A DNA stretch of 64,000 nucleotides from assembly GCA_043228905.1 (NCBI GenBank), contig JBHGNT010000010.1, positions 13,392,001 through 13,456,000 of the forward strand. The letters run 5' to 3'. A model generated the notes under the pieces. That model searched no databases. It was given only the letters and a program-made list of their open reading frames with translations, and had not been told where the DNA came from. The translations under genes and the position numbers were made by a program. The DNA comes from Azolla caroliniana (lineage: Eukaryota > Plantae > Polypodiophyta). Below, in pieces: positions 62,811 to 64,000 of the stretch (its first letter is position 1; each line of letters starts with the position of its first letter).

Positions 62811-63142
62811 TTAGCAATGTGGTAGTAATCTAAGCTAGAATACTAAACCAAAGATGGCCCACATGATGTGGCAAAGGATCATGCATAATGGACCTAGGAA
62901 TTCGGTATATAATTTATGGTGCACATATCAATTTATGTTGCATGTTTATGTTGCACATTTATGGTGCTCATTTATATAATTAAAACTCTCTACTATTTTC
63001 AATGGTAGCTTTTTGCATAGCTATTTTATCAATGGTGACATTTTGCCAACATGACTATTTATCAATGGTAGCTTTTTGCATAGCTAATTAGCTATGTCAA
63101 GGACATAGCTAATTGTTTCCACTCGCATGCTTTCACCCCAGA

Positions 63143-63350
63143 ACATTTTCGGGTCACATGTCATTTCACATTCCGGTTTAGAGGAATTGAAACGGAATTG
63201 CATTCCATCATACTGAATTTGAAAAGCATACTCAACACATAGTGACATTGAGTAATCAGTATGCCTTCCGTGATGCAGATCACTTTGATCCTAAGGAAGT
63301 AATCACGGTTCCCAAGATCGTTCATGTCAAACGATGCCGAGAGTTTGGAT
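63143..63350 (-). pseudogene. Copia RT fragment, right half of the target of the Sola2-like element
   Basis: FDMNDLG..YFLRIKV, VLSMLFKFSMMEC, CDPKMF. Confidence 0.8.
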
Positions 63351-64000
63351 TGTCAGCACACAAACAAGAGAAAAGGATAGGGATATGTAGAAGAAGTAGA
63401 ATAGAGATATTATGATTATAAAGAGAGAATATGCAACTAACAGTTAACACACGAACAAGAGAAAAGATACAGTTTCTTGTCAAAGCAGAATGCTCAGATA
63501 TTTATTATTATAAAGAGAAAATGTTACAACTAGAGAATTAAGAGAATGACTGATAATGTAGGCTAGAGGGCTTGAGACTAGTGTTGAACTGGAATAACTT
63601 GAAAATAGTGAGGGGCTTCAATTTAGTAGGAGATTACGCATGCAGGAGCAAGCAATGCCACGTGTCATCCCTTCATGAGTTTCCTTAAATGTTCTAGAGT
63701 GTTCCATAATGTTCTAAAGTGTTCTATAATGTTGTATGCATACATATCTTAATAATGACCCATAATCACATAATCTAAATGACCCAACGGGTAAGGTGCT
63801 ATGAGATGAGTGATAGGGGTCGAGGGTTCGAGCTTTGGCATGACCAATATTCATGATACTATCCCCCTCTTAAAACGACGAGTGCCACGAGTCGCCAATG
63901 ACGAAAGGCTAGGTTTTTTGGATACTTGCGATGGAAGGCATTTGAGCATTAGTAACATTGTCAACAGGCTCCCAAGTACGATCATTGGGACCGTATCCAA
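63351..64000 (-). mobile_element. 3' end of a chromovirus (Tcn1-like) Gypsy: chromodomain, PPT and 3' LTR (63351-~63858)
   Basis: Minus-strand GYGPNDRTWEPVDNVTNA chromodomain at the window edge; PPT AGAGGGGGATAG 63859-63870; LTR ends ...CTGACA at 63351. Confidence 0.82.
63780..63835 (+). ncRNA. tRNA-like A/B-box cassette inside the chromovirus LTR (putative)
   Basis: TGACCCAACGG 63780-63790 and GGTTCGAGCTT 63825-63835 at tRNA-like spacing. Confidence 0.4.

Larger units (their letters stand above)
47222..63138 (-). mobile_element. Large Sola2-like cut-and-paste DNA transposon with cargo genes
   Basis: 25-bp TIRs GGGT(A/G)AAAGCATGC(A/G)AGTGGAAACA at 47222-47246 and 63114-63138; TSD CGGA (47218-47221) / CAGA (63139-63142); removing the element restores a Copia RT frame (CDPKMFRYIVRS); DDE-type transposase inside. 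Confidence 0.85.

Overview
Land-plant nuclear DNA, most likely from a non-seed plant (an inference from the transposon lineages present), made almost entirely of nested transposons around one intact 7-exon host gene, N-acetylglucosamine kinase (13348-18285, +). Main structures read from the sequence: (1) two divergent tRNA-Trp-primed Ty3/Gypsy families, one nested in the other, that both place a G-GAT-TTT slippery site and an H-type pseudoknot between protease and RT; (2) tRNA-like A-box/B-box cassettes lying antisense in the LTRs of three different Gypsy families; (3) an apparent ~20.4-kb inversion (~20723-~41180) that splits three elements; (4) a 15.9-kb Sola2-like DNA transposon (47222-63138, 25-bp TIRs, 4-bp TSD) with a decayed spliced transposase, two cargo genes (RING-like and FCP1/NIF-phosphatase-like) and palindromic satellite arrays filling its introns; (5) a very young full-length Ty1/Copia (50433-55894) with a single in-frame stop, inserted into the cargo gene; (6) many older Copia and Gypsy fragments. 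All family assignments come from motif recognition by eye; no searches were run.
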